Source: Octopus sinensis (taxonomy: Eukaryota). Taken from it: 64,000 nt of DNA. This document shows positions 1-12,883 of this stretch, one piece after another. Location of the stretch: positions 62,806,001-62,870,000 of the forward strand of contig NC_043000.1 of NCBI RefSeq assembly GCF_006345805.1, given 5' to 3'. A model generated the notes under the pieces. That model worked only from the letters and a program-made list of their open reading frames with translations, was not told the origin of the DNA and did not search any database. Position numbers and translations under genes: made by a program. The stretch's first letter is position 1. Each line of letters starts with the position of its first letter.

Positions 1-976
1 CTACACCACTGTACCTTCCATAACTTATGCATCAATGGTCATTCATCATGCTTAACATGCACCTTTCAATCCTACCCAATCTTTAAAGCTGTCACCTAGT
101 TCCCCACAGCCTACACTTCTGTACTAACAACTTCTACTTGCCTCTTGGGAAGATACCTGCACTTGCAGCTTCTACTGATCAATCTCACTCCCTTACTTAA
201 CGGTGAATAACCCTGTAGCTCCTCCACAAGAACTTGCTTTTTTCTTTTCTCCTCCCCTCTTCCCACATTCAATACCCACATCTCCTTGCATAAATACTAC
301 CCGCCACCATACCATTATCACCAGACTTTTTGGAATCTCATGAGCTGCATAGCGACCTCAATAGGGCCAATACCACAAAAGAATGACCCAGTACACACAG
401 TAAAGAGGTTGGCATTAGGAAGACCATCCAGTCATAGAAACCATACCAAAGCAGATACTGGAACCCAATGTAGTCCTTTGGACCCATAGAATCCTCTGAA
501 AACTATCCAATTCATGCCAGCATGGAATACAGACATTAAATGATGATGATGATGATGATGATGATGACATGACATGCTAGAAGTTAATTTTTGTAGAGGA
601 AATCTGTAGTAATTAGAATCAGTACATTACTGGTATATGTTTTTGCTGATTGCCACAGTTCAAAGTGAGTATCAGCAGAAAACACAGTTTTAGTACTGTT
701 TGGTACCAAAAGCTACCAAATAGTACTAAAAGGTACCTTACCTTTTTTGCCCTATCAACTCATGAAGAATTCTTGGTGACTCTCATGACAAGCACCTTGC
801 GCTTGTCATGGAATTATATTTGTTTCTATTTCTTTTTCAGGTTAGCATCTCATTTTACATAACATGATATGATGATTATTGTTATTATTTTTTGAGCTAC
901 ATATGTACTTCCAGCTTACTATGTAGAGGAAGTAAACAAAATTATATCATTTCAATGTTGAAAATTAGACTAAACA

Positions 977-1035
977 TCATACCCTTGATGAAGTGATAAC
1001 TTCACCTTGCTCACTATCCAACAGTTGAAGAGAAC
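977..1035 (-). CDS. Candidate terminal coding exon ((G)SLQLLDSEQGEVITSSRV-stop)
   Basis: Acceptor cagtatttttaag|GT; in frame only with the phase-1 donor at 1432; ends in S-R-V-TGA, a class I PDZ-ligand pattern. Confidence 0.4.
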
Positions 1036-1431
1036 CTTAAAAATACTGGGAACACTAAATTTCTTCCTCAGACTTGTAGTTAGAATTTGAGCATATAACT
1101 TCACATAATACCTTATTGTGTATACACACACACACACATACATACATACATACATACATATATACACTCACACACACACACACACTATATTGGTTTCAAA
1201 TTTTGGCACAAAGCCAGCAGTTTTGGGGGAAGGGAAAAGTTGATTAAATCGACCTTAATGCTCCACTGGTACCTATTTTATAGACCCTAACAGGATAGAA
1301 GGCAAAGTCAGCTCAGCAGAATTTGAACTCAGAACACAGAGATGGACAAAATGCCACTAAGCATCTTACCCAGCATGCTAATGATTCTGCCAGCTTGCCA
1401 CTTTACACACTATATATATTAACTGGTTTAC

Positions 1432-1657
1432 CATGTAACATTAATACTTGCCCTGAAGACTTTGAATTTAAGGGTGCATTTTCCTTCTCATTTCGTACTT
1501 GCAGCCAAATAGCTGTTTTATTTACTTCCTCAGAGATGTTCACCCTGTCTAAATCATTGCTAGACAAATGGCTGGCAAACTTTTCAGAAGGCTTTTCATG
1601 TTGAATTCGAACTTCCATCAATTTTTCATTTTCATCACGGCTAAGCAACTGTACACC
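1432..1657 (-). CDS. SLC4: SLC4 NCBT C-tail exon (GVQLLSRDENEKL...DRVNISEEVNKTAIWLQV...)
   Basis: ttctatttacag|GGT, phase 0. NISEEVNKTAIW matches the INISDEMSKTA.W motif of NBCn-type tails. The 3' end is uncertain: donors at 1448 (CAA|gtatta) or 1432 (CATG|gtaaac), or read-through to a stop at 1403. Confidence 0.8.
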
Positions 1658-3022
1658 CTGTAAATAGAATTTTGATTAATGATTTCACAGTATTATTGTA
1701 GTTCAGAAGTTCACTTTGCAAACAGGTTGTAAAGTTTATTCTCACTGCATGAATCCTGCACTTATATATATGTATATACAGAGTGTCCCAGAATTAACAA
1801 TCTATTTCAATGAAATCGGACAAATTTTAAAACAACTGAAAGAATTTTATGTTTATTAATTATGATACCAAAACCAATAGATTTATAAATCTTACATCAA
1901 AACTTTATTGAAAATTTTCAACATGTGCTCCATTTGTATCCCTGCAAATTTCAAATCTATCCTAAGAGTTGCAAAACACATTTTGAAGCAGTTCAGGAGT
2001 TATATAACTTGTTTTATTCTCTGCTTCCGTTTTACTTTGACATGCACATTGCATTTTTATTCTTCTCTTGTTTTATGAATTCAGTGAGCACATGCGCATT
2101 GCAAGTTCATACTTCTCTTTCTGGTTCCGATTTAAAACTGTTTATATATCACAACCATCTCACAAACGTGCCTTCTTGAGGAGTGCTTCAGGCCCCGATG
2201 GTTGCGAAATAAATAATCACATCATTGAAATTTCAAAGCAATGAGATAATGCATGATGTCTTTAAAAGAATTTGAGTAAATAAGCATTACATTTGACAGA
2301 ATAATCTGAATGCTAAAGGGTTAAAGAAGACACATAACTTTAAAGGATAAGCCAATTTATATTAATGACTCTGATGTCAAAAACTGAATATGAAAAAAAC
2401 AAAATATTGTTGGCCCTTTTACACATTAAATTTCATTACTCTTAACTAAGGAAAGCAGTTTTATATATCAATCTATCTTTTGCTGAGGAAAGTCATATTT
2501 CAAGCAATTTTTCATTGAGATATGTCAAGTTCATTGAGGCAACAGAACTTGCTGTAAATACCAATTCTATTTTTTGATAAATATTTGACCGTCAGGCAAT
2601 ATGCTGTACTTATGGCACATAAAAACTACCATTTGAGTGTGGTTGATGCCAGTGCCACCTGACTGGCTCCCATGCCAGTTGAATATAAAAAGCACCATTC
2701 AAGCATGGTTGATGCCAGTGCCTCCTGACTGGCCCCTGTGCTGGTGGCATGTAAAAAGCAACCACTATACTCTCGAAGTGGTTGGCATTAGAAAAGGCAT
2801 CCAGCTGTGGAAACCTTGCCAGATCAGATTGGAGCCTGGTGCAGCCTCCTGGATTGCCAGTCCTCAGTCAAACTGTTCAACCCATGCCAGCATGGAAAGT
2901 GGACGTTAAATGATGATGATGATGATAATCATCATCATCATTGCTGAAATGACCTTGCAATTTTATTTTGTAGCTGAAGGATAAAAAACAAATATCATTT
3001 CCTAATTAAAATAGAAACTTAC

Positions 3023-3166
3023 TTCTTCAGTTTCTTCATTATTCATAATTTCCAGGTCTTCTTTTTCTCGGGTTGATGCATCTGGCATAATGTCATCCAA
3101 CCATTTTAGTTCTCTCTGGGTAAATACATAATCCAGAGCTTTGCGAACAAAACATGTTGCTAACAC
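3023..3166 (-). CDS. SLC4: SLC4 NCBT exon, TM14 and start of C-tail (VLATCFVRKALDYVFTQRELKWLDDIMPDASTREKEDLEIMNNEETEE)
   Basis: tgtatttaaaag|GTG and GAA|gtaagt; 144 nt; VRK..D..F...EL.WLDD.MP motif. Confidence 0.96.
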
Positions 3167-3233
3167 CTTTTAAATACAAACAAGAAAAACAAAATAGTTA
3201 ACAAAAAAGTTTTAAGTCATCTGTCTGTATGTT

Positions 3234-3276
<43 letters not shown>

Positions 3277-3287
3277 CACACATACAT

Positions 3288-3328
<41 letters not shown>

Positions 3329-3534
3329 GGGCTGGCCAAAAGTCACCCGACAGTAAATCAAAACTGCACAAATACTCTCTGTAGTTCTGTATTGACTCAA
3401 ATGGAAAAATGTGTCTTCAGTTTGAACAATTTTCATAATGTCTCATATTTAGATACTTTCATTAAATTCATTCAGTTGTTAAACATAAATATATCTTGGA
3501 ATTAAATGGTTTTGATTTACTGTCAGATGACCTT

Positions 3535-3712
3535 TGGCTGAAGCTTGTATGCTTCGCTGGATGTGTAATGTCAGTGTGCATACATGACAAAGTGTAAGTG
3601 CCCTGAGAGAAAAGTTGCACATAAGAAGCATCAGATGTGGTGTGCAAGAGAGACAACTGTGCTGGTATGGTCATGTGTTGCGTATGGATGAGGACAGCTG
3701 TACGAAACAAGG
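3535..3712 (+). mobile_element. RTE-clade LINE reverse-transcriptase C-terminal fragment
   Basis: MLRWMCNVSV...LREKLHIRSIRCGVQERQLCWYGHVLRMDEDSC matches the RTE pattern MLRW...RLRWYGHV.RM. Confidence 0.8.
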
Positions 3713-4085
3713 AAGACATATGATTGCTTGCTCTTGTTGTATCTTAAATCAAGTTACATTATTCCATTTGTTCTGGCTGCATTCCCAAGGTAGACACATT
3801 ATTCTGTTTGCTCTATTTGAGTCCCTTATTTGCTTAAATAGTGTCCTTGGTACATTACCCTGATTTTCCCCCAGTTGTGTCCACAAGTAAGGCGCATTAC
3901 TCTGCTTGCTCCAATTTGTCTGAATGTTATAATACAAGTTCCTGTTCTGTTACTGTTTGGTTGCTTTGCTATAAGAACCAATTAATCTCCATTTTATGCT
4001 AGTATGGAAAAGTTAATGTAAAATATATGTTTAGAAAAAAAATTTTAAAGCAAATTTCAATTGAATTATTTAAAAACAAATTTAC

Positions 4086-4262
4086 CATGATAGGAAAAAC
4101 AATGGAAACTGATTTGATTGTCTTGATCACCCACAATATAATTAAACACAGAGTTTGACAAAGAGTAAACAAATGAACTGTTTTGGTAGGCACATGGCGT
4201 AGGTATATATGATCGGGTTGGTACTTGGTTGGCATGAAGAGCAACAAAAACCTATCCACATA
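4086..4262 (-). CDS. SLC4: SLC4 NCBT exon, TM13 (YVDRFLLLFMPTKYQPDHIYLRHVPTKTVHLFTLCQ...VFPIM)
   Basis: tttttcag|TAT and ATG|gtaaat; 177 nt; MP.K.QPD.IYLRHVP...VHLFT..Q motif. Confidence 0.97.
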
Positions 4263-6483
4263 CTGAAAAATAAAAATAAAATAAATCTAATTAGAAACAG
4301 TAATTAATCTTTTTTTTTTTTAGTATTCATGTAAAGTCATATTTAACATGTTCAAGTATGTTTGGACATGAGAAGACCTATAGCTACAACAATAGTCTCT
4401 GGAGAAAATTCTCCTCCTAGATGACATGTGGAAAGAAAACAAAGTGGGCTATGAAAGACATCAATGGATTGTAGTTCATATTTTAAGTCTGCTACTTTAA
4501 TTTATTGTTCTCTTATGCTGAACTGCTAAGTTATGGGTGAATAAACAAATGAAGAAAAGCTGTCAAATGATATGGGAGAACAAACATAAAAAGAAAGACA
4601 CACACACACACACACAGAGACCATGATGAGCTTCCACTCAGTTTCTGTCTACCAAATCCACAAGACATTGTTTGGCCTGGGGCTGTACTAGAAGGCACTT
4701 GCTCTGTGTTCTACACAGTAAAACTGCATCCAAAACTGTGTGGATATACAGCAAGCTTCTAAACCACAAAACCATGCCTGTGACTATTACTGGTAAAAAC
4801 TTGACTGATGAAAGACAAAAATCAAGTTCAAAATCTATATTTTTTTGTATGACAATATTTTCTATGTGAGCACAAGACGTACTCAACCTACAACCTATGT
4901 ATTTACTGGAACTTCTGAGCTAGCAAGGGAGCTTTTATGTCATCATTCAGACTCAGAGAAATAGCAGCCAAATATCCCTCAAATTACATCCTACTGCCTT
5001 AAAAAAAGGAAAGCACACATTGCCCTGTAAAATGTTAGATATTCTATGAAAAGACATGATGGTCACAACTAGAATGCTTGAGTTAGACTAATCACCAATA
5101 ACAACCGGTACTTAAAATAATGATAATCCTATCATAGAGACAAGGCTTGAAATTTAGAGGAGTTAGTTGATCAAATTATGTACCAGTCAAGTAACTAGTA
5201 CTTGACTGGTACTTTATTCTTATCACCTTGGAAGGATGCAAGGCAAAGCTGACCTCAGCAAAGAGGTATTTATTCACAGAGGTAACTTCATCTCTTACAC
5301 AGGTATTTTGCAGCTATAATATCCCAGTTTTTCTCAATAATATTTAGCTGTGTATGTGAAGTGTAATTTAAGGAAAATTCGGTTGCTAATTCTAGCAGGT
5401 CATAGCACTTTGTAGAAGTTTAGATGTTCCCTCTCTTTGTCTTGAGCAATATTGGATTTTATTGGATGTAGTATTAGGAATAGCATGTGGCTGCCTGTTT
5501 GCTTATATTGAAATTGTATTACATTTAATTAACTGTAGTTAAACTTTCAGAAAGCAATTGGATATAAATTCTTATGTATTCCTGAAGCACACACATACAC
5601 ACACATCAGAAACAAGAATAATTTATCAACTTCTTCATTAGGGTCGAGAACTCCTCATCTGTAGACAAAATTTTGTTTGCAATCAAATTTGAAACTACTC
5701 ACTAACCAAATATCTAAAAATAAATACAGCAAAAAAAAAAAAAAAGATGGTTTAAGTCCTAACACTAAAACAATAATTTAATATTATAAGTTATACACCA
5801 ATTTGTAAAATTTGTAGACATTAAAGCATCATCTTTTCTCACAGGACAGATGCATCTCAGTAGGTTCTGAAGCACTTGGAATTAATTCCTGATACTGAAA
5901 AGCTTCTCTATCTATGCTTTTACATATCCAAATGACCTGTTAGAAATGACAGCAATATTTTTTATATCACATACTGTCTTAAAAATGAAATGGTTTCATA
6001 TAATTATTATTGCTGAATCCAGGCTTCTGTAGGCTAAAATCTAGAATATTTGTTGTATTCAAATTAAAATTACAAAATCGTAGTTCAAGAAAAATGCACT
6101 GGTTAAAGCTATACACAATAAGTTAAAATTCTTCCCACTTTCTCCCTCTACCCCACTGTTCTCTCTCTCTTTCCATTATTTCTGTCTTTCACTACAACAT
6201 GTGTATATGAACATGCATGTATAATAAATTTGTGTGAATGTATTTGTGTATATACAACATACTGATATTTCATGCTATTACAAATATAATGTATTAAATT
6301 AGAAATATGAATGCAACAGAGTTTAAAAAGAGATTTGCTTCTTTTATCTTTTTGATCTTTTAAGTAGTGAAATTATTTTATAGATTGTTGGCAATGAAAC
6401 ATCTAGCCATGTTCTTTGAACATGCTTAATCAAGGTCGACTCCAGTGTAAATAACAACACCCATAAATACTGATGTACCTTAC

Positions 6484-6552
6484 CTGCATTCCTTTCAAAG
6501 CTGCCACTCCCATATACAGGAAGACTCCATAAAGAACTGCCATTGGAATTAC
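6484..6552 (-). CDS. SLC4: SLC4 NCBT exon, TM12 (VIPMAVLYGVFLYMGVAALKGMQ)
   Basis: ttttgcag|GTA and CAG|gtaagg; 69 nt; IPM.VLYGVFLYMG motif; follows a 133-nt intron. Confidence 0.97.
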
Positions 6553-6685
6553 CTGCAAAAATTTTTTAAATCATATAAATTTTCAGTGCACACTCAGAAT
6601 ATTAGCAATTACAATAATTAAAATTCACAAACTGATCATCATATTTATGATCCTAATGAAATTAGATTAAGTGGAAAATACTCAC

Positions 6686-6758
6686 ACTGAGTACAGAAGT
6701 AAACAGGACAGAGAGACCACTCAGAAGACCAACCATCAACGCAGTCACACGTTGTTCT
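6686..6758 (-). CDS. SLC4: SLC4 NCBT exon, TM11 (REQRVTALMVGLLSGLSVLFTSVLS)
   Basis: ctttctttacag|A and AGT|gtgagt; 73 nt; completes REQRVT. Confidence 0.95.
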
Positions 6759-7564
6759 CTGTAAAGAAAGAAAACAAAGAAAAAAAAAGGAACTATGAGC
6801 AAAGTTTCATCAGTGTTTGTGACGTAGCTGAGTGAAAGAAGTTAACATTTGTGTGTTGCATAGACTGGTTTCAAAGTAAAAGTTTGAAGTCTTTTGAATT
6901 GCCTAATCAGTCAATAACCACCCTGCCTCCCACCAAAAGTCTACACTCTATCAAAGTCATTCTATGATCATTTATAAAATATATGTTGGATTTAACTTCA
7001 ATGAGAAGGTTTGGTAAGACCAAATCATGCCCAGAGTTGTCATCATACATATCAAAGACCATTTAATCTTTAATGAATTTAACTTTCAAAGTTCTGTCTT
7101 ACCTTTCTTAAAAAATATTAATTCCAGTGATTTTTCTTTTCATTATGAGTATAATTTCAATTAACTAAAAATTACTTTTGGTGCTCTACATAAAGTATAT
7201 TAACCTACACTTAACCAATACATTAAACACATACTCTCATGAGCTAACAAACAAAATTTATTTCCAATCACACTCTTCTGTCTTAAAAAAAAACTGAAAA
7301 TAAACTGTTCAAAAATAAGATGGCATGGTTAGATGTAGGTTGTCTTTGATCATTGGTTTGAGCAGGAAGGGTTTTTTAGTTGGACAGATCAACCCCACAG
7401 TACTCAATTTTTTCAAAATCTAGAACTTATATTGGTTTCTTTTGCTGAAGTGCTAAGTTATGAGGACATAAGCAAACCAACACCAGTTGTTGAGCAGTGG
7501 TGGTGGTAAGCGAACACAAAAACACACAAGTGCATGTGTGCACACACACACACACGGGCATGTA

Positions 7565-8840
7565 TTGGGTTGGCAACTAAGTTCCCGCCATTTTTTTAAA
7601 TTTAAATTTTTTAAAAGGTTTAATAAAAAATAACAACTAATTAATCATTAATGTAATCACCCTTCTTGTTTACAACTTCTTCCCAACAATACCTAGTTGG
7701 TAGAAATCATCCGATTTTGACTTGAAAAATTGATCCAACTAAGCTCTCAATTCTGCATCAGTATTGAACGAAACTCTGCGCATAGCATTTGAAAGAGGTG
7801 GAAATCCATTGGTGCCAAATCAGGAGAGTATGGTGGGTGTGGCAGCACTTCCCAGCCATGTGTTTGAATGGCTTCCTTGGTCATATTGGTGATATGAGGG
7901 CAGGCGTTGTTGTGCAGCAGAAGAACTCCATGCTGCCAATTAGGTCTTTTCTCTTGAATAGCTGTGTTGAATCATTCCATCTATTGAAAGAGAGTTCCAC
8001 GTTGACTGTTTGATTCCATTCAAGCAATTTGTAGTGGATAATCCCTTCCCAGTCCCACCATATGCATAATATCGTTTTATGCAGATGAACATTTCACACG
8101 CAGTGCTGCTTGTTTACCAGGGCTAAGCCATTCCTTACACTGCTTCACACAGGCACCATTTTCCGTCACCACTAATGATTCGGTAAAGAAATCATTGCTT
8201 GTGTCCATGAGTTGAGCGGTGACGAGCAAGCAAACCAGCAGAGATTGTGGGTTGTTGATTTTTGTTGTCACTTAAAGCATGCAGAACCCATTCTCCATAC
8301 TTCTGAACCTTTCCCATTGAGTGAAGCTGCTTCTCTATAGCAGTGTGGGAGCATTCCATTTTCTCTGCCAGTTCCCTTGTGTTTTAACGAGAATTTTCTT
8401 GCAAAAGTTGGTTTAATCACTCTTCATTGAACTCAAATAGACAGCCAGAATGAGGTGCGCCTTAGAGGTCAAAATTTCCATTTTTTAACTTGGCATACCA
8501 ATCAAGAGTGGTTCTTTCAGCCATGGCACCCTCTCCATATACAGCACAAATGTCGCAAGCAGCTTTTGTGCCCTTAGAACATTGATTAAAAGCAAAAAGA
8601 ATGAAGTGTCGAAAATGCTCCTTTTTCTTAACTTGACATTCCATTTTAATGATCTGAAAATAAACAAAAATTAACTAAACTTAACTAGAAAAAAAAAAAA
8701 AATTCCAAAATGATTCAAAAATAGAATTCTCAAAAAAAAAAAGAAAAGATTCCAAAATGATTCAAAAATAGAATTCTCAAAAAAAAAAAGAAAAGATTCC
8801 AAAATTAAAAAAAACGGCAGGAACTTAGTTGCCAACCCAA
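7565..8840 (-). mobile_element. Full-length decayed mariner (Tc1/mariner) transposon, 1276 bp
   Basis: TIRs TTGGGTTGGCAACTAAGTTCC at both ends, TA on each flank (7563-64, 8841-42). Transposase remnants MECQVKKKEHFRH..., WVLHAL, FLYRIISGDGKWCL, LLHNNACPH and HPPYSPDLAP, with stops and frameshifts. Confidence 0.95.
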
Positions 8841-9236
8841 TACATACATACACACACACACGCAATGGGCTTCCACACAGTTTTCATCTACCAAATCCAC
8901 TCACAGGCTTTAGTCAGCCTGCAGCTATAGTAGAAGACACTTGTCTAAGGTGTCATACAGTGAGACTGAACCAGAAACAACTTGGTTGCAAAGCGAGCTT
9001 CTTAATCATTTATCCTCACTGTGTCCATAAAGCATCGAGTACCAGTTTACTGTCTGACTGTCCCACATTCACAGCGAGATTTGAAGCTAGATATAAAAGA
9101 AACTGACTCCCGACTTAATACCCATGGGGTATGGTTTAGATGTTTGCTTCACGATAACATGGATCTGGGTTTGATCCCAACCTGCAGCATTTTGAACAAT
9201 TGTCTTCCACTATAGCCTTGGTTGACCAATTATCTT

Positions 9237-9543
9237 CATCATCATCATCATCATCATCGTTTAACGTCCGCCTTCCATGCTAGCATGGGTTGGACGGTTC
9301 AACTGGGGTCTGGGAAGCCAGAAGGCTGTGCCAGGCCCAGTCTGATCTGGCAGTGTTTCTACGGCTGGATGCCTTCCTAACGCCAACCACTCCGTGAGTG
9401 TAGTGGGTCCTTTTTACATGCCACCTGCACAGGTGCCAGACGAGGCTGGCAAACGGCCACGATCGGATGGTGCTTTTTACGTGCCACCGGCACGGGGGCC
9501 AGACGAGGCTGGCAACGTCCACAATCGGATGGTGCATTTTACG
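9237..9543 (-). mobile_element. Retroposon family C with (GAT)n tail and internal 62-63-bp tandem units
   Basis: Minus strand GTAAAAAGCACC units, GGAAGGCATCCAGCCGTAGAAA, GCATGGAAGGCGGACGTTAAACGATGATGATG tail. Near-identical copy at 21743-22130; older copies at about 380-570, 2630-2930, 22787-23320, 27235-27475 and 28590-28920. Confidence 0.8.
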
Positions 9544-11084
9544 AATTTGTTACATGAAAAGTGTGCAGAAGATTAGTGCAAGTGCACGCGTGTGTGCATG
9601 TGTTTCTACCTATGCGTGCATTGTGCGTGTGTATGTGTGTGTGCGCGCGTATACACACATTATATAGACAGATTGATAGGGAGGATAAGAACTAAAAGTC
9701 ACTCTTAATTAGAGGATTCATAGCAAGAATAATGTAAGCAAAGCATAATTTGATATATATTTAGTTACAAACGAAAGAAAGAGTATTTGATACGTATTGA
9801 ACTTATAAAAATTATGAAACATCTGATGACTCATTCTGTTACTGGGAAAGTCACGTGAAGTCATTCAAGCAAGCTAAATTGGATATGCCTGTAAGTTAGC
9901 ATAAATTCAGAGACGGTCAAGTGAAAATGTGTAATAATTGCTGTTATAGTAACTAAGTGCAACTTTGTAGGAAAAATCATAATAATCATTGAATGGAAAT
10001 TTATGCGAGAAGAGTATGAAATTTAGAGTGCTCTCCCCTTATAAAGGAGCTATGGCTCCTTTGTATTAATAGCATTTGCTATTGTAGTATAAGTATACTT
10101 CTATAAGCATTGCCCCCACCCCCAACTTTGTTTCCTTTCAGTAAAATGGATATTTGAATGAAATTTTCAACAAATGCCATTCAGATGGTATAGATTACGA
10201 TAATATGGAAATCCAATGTGAAAATATTTTTCGAAGGTTGTGTAGGAGTAAGCTACGAATAATTCACACGAGTCGACTTTTTCTCCGGTTAACTTTCAGA
10301 AAAAAAATTAGTATCTTTTAGTGAAATTTTCTAGAAAATACCTTTCAGGTGGTGTAGGAATAAAATAAAATAAAATAATTGGTGACCGCACACGCATACA
10401 CACTGACACATATTACATCCATATCTATAAAACGAAACATGAAATTTTGACAAAAAATACATGACGTGTGTCTGTATGCATATGGGTGCTTTTAACAATT
10501 AAAAAAAACTTTTTTATTAAATTCCGATACAGAGTGTGTGGGGCACAACTATGTAGGTATGCCATGCCATCTTCCACTTGGCCACTCTCAGCCAATGTCT
10601 TTCTAGCAGTTCTAAATCAGCCTTGATCAAACAAATTTTCCCCAAAGACATTGTAACTATTGCCACGTCGCCTATTTAGAAATATCTTAAATTACATTAT
10701 CTAATGTGTGCTTCTACATTATTAAGTTAGTAGAGTGTGGTTAGAGGGCAATTTGGCTGTTGTTTCTAACCAATCAAGCAACCACACAGAGGATTTCATA
10801 TCAGCTCAACTTAAGGCTGCGAGCTGGTAGAATCGTTAGCACACTGGGCAAAATGTTTAGCAGCATTTTGTCCACCTCTGCATCCAGAGTTCAAACTTCA
10901 CCGAGGTCGATTTTACCTTTCATCCTTTTGAGGTCGATAAAATAAGTACCACTGAGGCACTGTGGTCGATGTAATCAACTTAGACCCTCCTCGTGAACTT
11001 GCTGACCTTGTGCCAAAATTTGAAACCAATATTAACTCAATTTCATTTGATATATTTATTTAATGAATTATATTATTTACCCTT

Positions 11085-11468
11085 TTACTTGTTTCAGTCA
11101 CTTGACTGTGGCCATGCTGGAGCACCGCCTTTAGTCGAGCGAATCTACCCCAGGACTTATTCTTTGTGAGCCTAGTACTTATTCGATCGGTCTCTTTTGC
11201 CGAACCGCTAGATTACGGGTACGTAAACATACCAACATCGGTTGTCAAGCGTGGTTGGGGGGACAACACAGACACACAAACACACACATATATATATATA
11301 TATATATACGATGGACTTGTTTCAGTTTCCGTCTACCAAATCCACTCACAAGGCTTTGGTCAGCCCGAGGCTACAGTAGCAGACACTTGGCCAAGGTGCC
11401 ACGCAATGGGACTGAACCCAGAACCATGTGGTTGGTAAGCAAGCTACTTACCACACAGCAACTCCTAT
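11085..11468 (-). mobile_element. tRNA-derived SINE family A (young copy)
   Basis: Minus strand reads tRNA-like head (TGGTAAGTAGCTT...GGTTCAGTCCC), CORE-like CCTTGGCCAAGTGTC, internal (TA/CA)n and 3' GCATGGCCACAGTC..CTGAAAC. Other copies at about 4480-4790, 7400-7560 plus 8845-9010, 19330-19550, 23590-23830, 32760-32930, 33555-33950, 35195-35545, 40585-40950, 41680-42070, 43510-43725, 53900-54200 and 56090-57050. Confidence 0.85.
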
Positions 11469-12883
11469 GCCTATTTAATGAATTACAAGCATTTATTTTT
11501 ATTGCTCTTAAAGAATTAAATGCAGCATGAAAGCTAATGTCATTTAAACTCATAAAAAATATTTACTGACATAAACTGAAGACATTAAACAGCCCAACAT
11601 TTTAGTAACAGCCAGTTCCATATACAATAAAAAGATATTAAATAGATATAAAATTCACTTTGAATTGTTGCAGATTACCAGTCAAATGAACTAGTGTTAG
11701 GTAAATGAGAGAAAATCTCTCCTGGATAAGATACCAGTCTAATGCAGGCAACTTTACTGTGGGGAAAAAACACTGAACTCAACATTGAAGGCAAACAAAA
11801 TAGTAATATTTTACAGTGCTACTACTACTGCTGTTTATAGTGACGAAAAGTAATTTTCTACTGAATAATATCTATTTTCTGTTTGTTGGACACAGACACA
11901 GTCATTTGAGAGTTTAGTGACTTAAACACAATGGATACACTGCAGTTAATTTTATAACTCACTGACCTCTTCCTCATCCATAATCTTCCTCAATTCAGTC
12001 ATTCAACTTTTTAACAGGTTAGTGGAAATTGTAAAGGGATATTTCAAAAGGGATCCAATTTCAAAGAAGAACATTTTTACAGAATGGATTCTGAAACTTA
12101 GGACATGTTGGCTGTGAGTATTGAGTAGCTTTATTAAGTGCAGGCAAGTTCAATCAGATCAAAGGTCATTAAAGCAGCAGTGTATTAAGTCTGCAAACTA
12201 TATATTTGTTTATAAAAAAATGTTGAGTAGAATTCAAAGAAACTACTGATTGTCAACAGATATCTGGTAACCTTGGGAACTGGCCAGTGACAGATGACAG
12301 AAAATTCTGAACTATAGAAAGTGATCCTTAAGATACCACTAAAAGAAGCTTCTATGTAACAATATGCTTAAAACATCATCCTAAATACATGAAATTAACA
12401 GGACTGTGTCCAAGCACTCAGCTGATGTTCCAGGGTAAATATAAATAAGTCTGGAGCTTAACAGTACTGCCCCAGTGGCAAATTCACAAACTAATGGTGG
12501 CAGATTCAAAACGTGCTGGACTATAGGAGTTGCCAGACAAGAAAATGATGAACTAAAGAAGTTCAACATGTATTATGAAATGGCATCAACAAATAGTATT
12601 ATAAATGGCTTCAAACAATGGAATAAATTTTTATGTCTTAAAGAAGATAAATTTAAAGCCAGAGACAAAGCCTCTCACAGAATGGAAATGGGATGTTTAC
12701 TTATGTTTGTTTATGCTGAAAGAAGCTGTTTTATAACTGGATGTTCTCTCTAATGTCAACTGTCAGACTGAAATGTCACAATACTTCTTCTTGCTTCATT
12801 TGTAATCTCAAATATTAAGGCCAAGTGAGCATCCATATTTATCAAATAAAACAGTATAGGAAATTATTGCAAAATGATTTTAC

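Noticed and set aside
742-919. Minus-strand segment with a good acceptor (cctctacatag) and donor (AAG|gtaagg)
   Set aside because: Stops in all three frames, so not a coding exon; at most a 3' UTR exon, which cannot be verified here.
1775-3510. Tc1-like left termini (TACAGAGTGTCCCAG at about 1776, CAGGGCTGGCCAAAAGT at about 3328) and a piggyBac-type half end at about 2310-2324
   Set aside because: Matching opposite TIRs were not found, so not reported as defined elements.
9815-9860. CTGATGA...GAAA spacing resembling a hammerhead
   Set aside because: Stems I and II do not pair.
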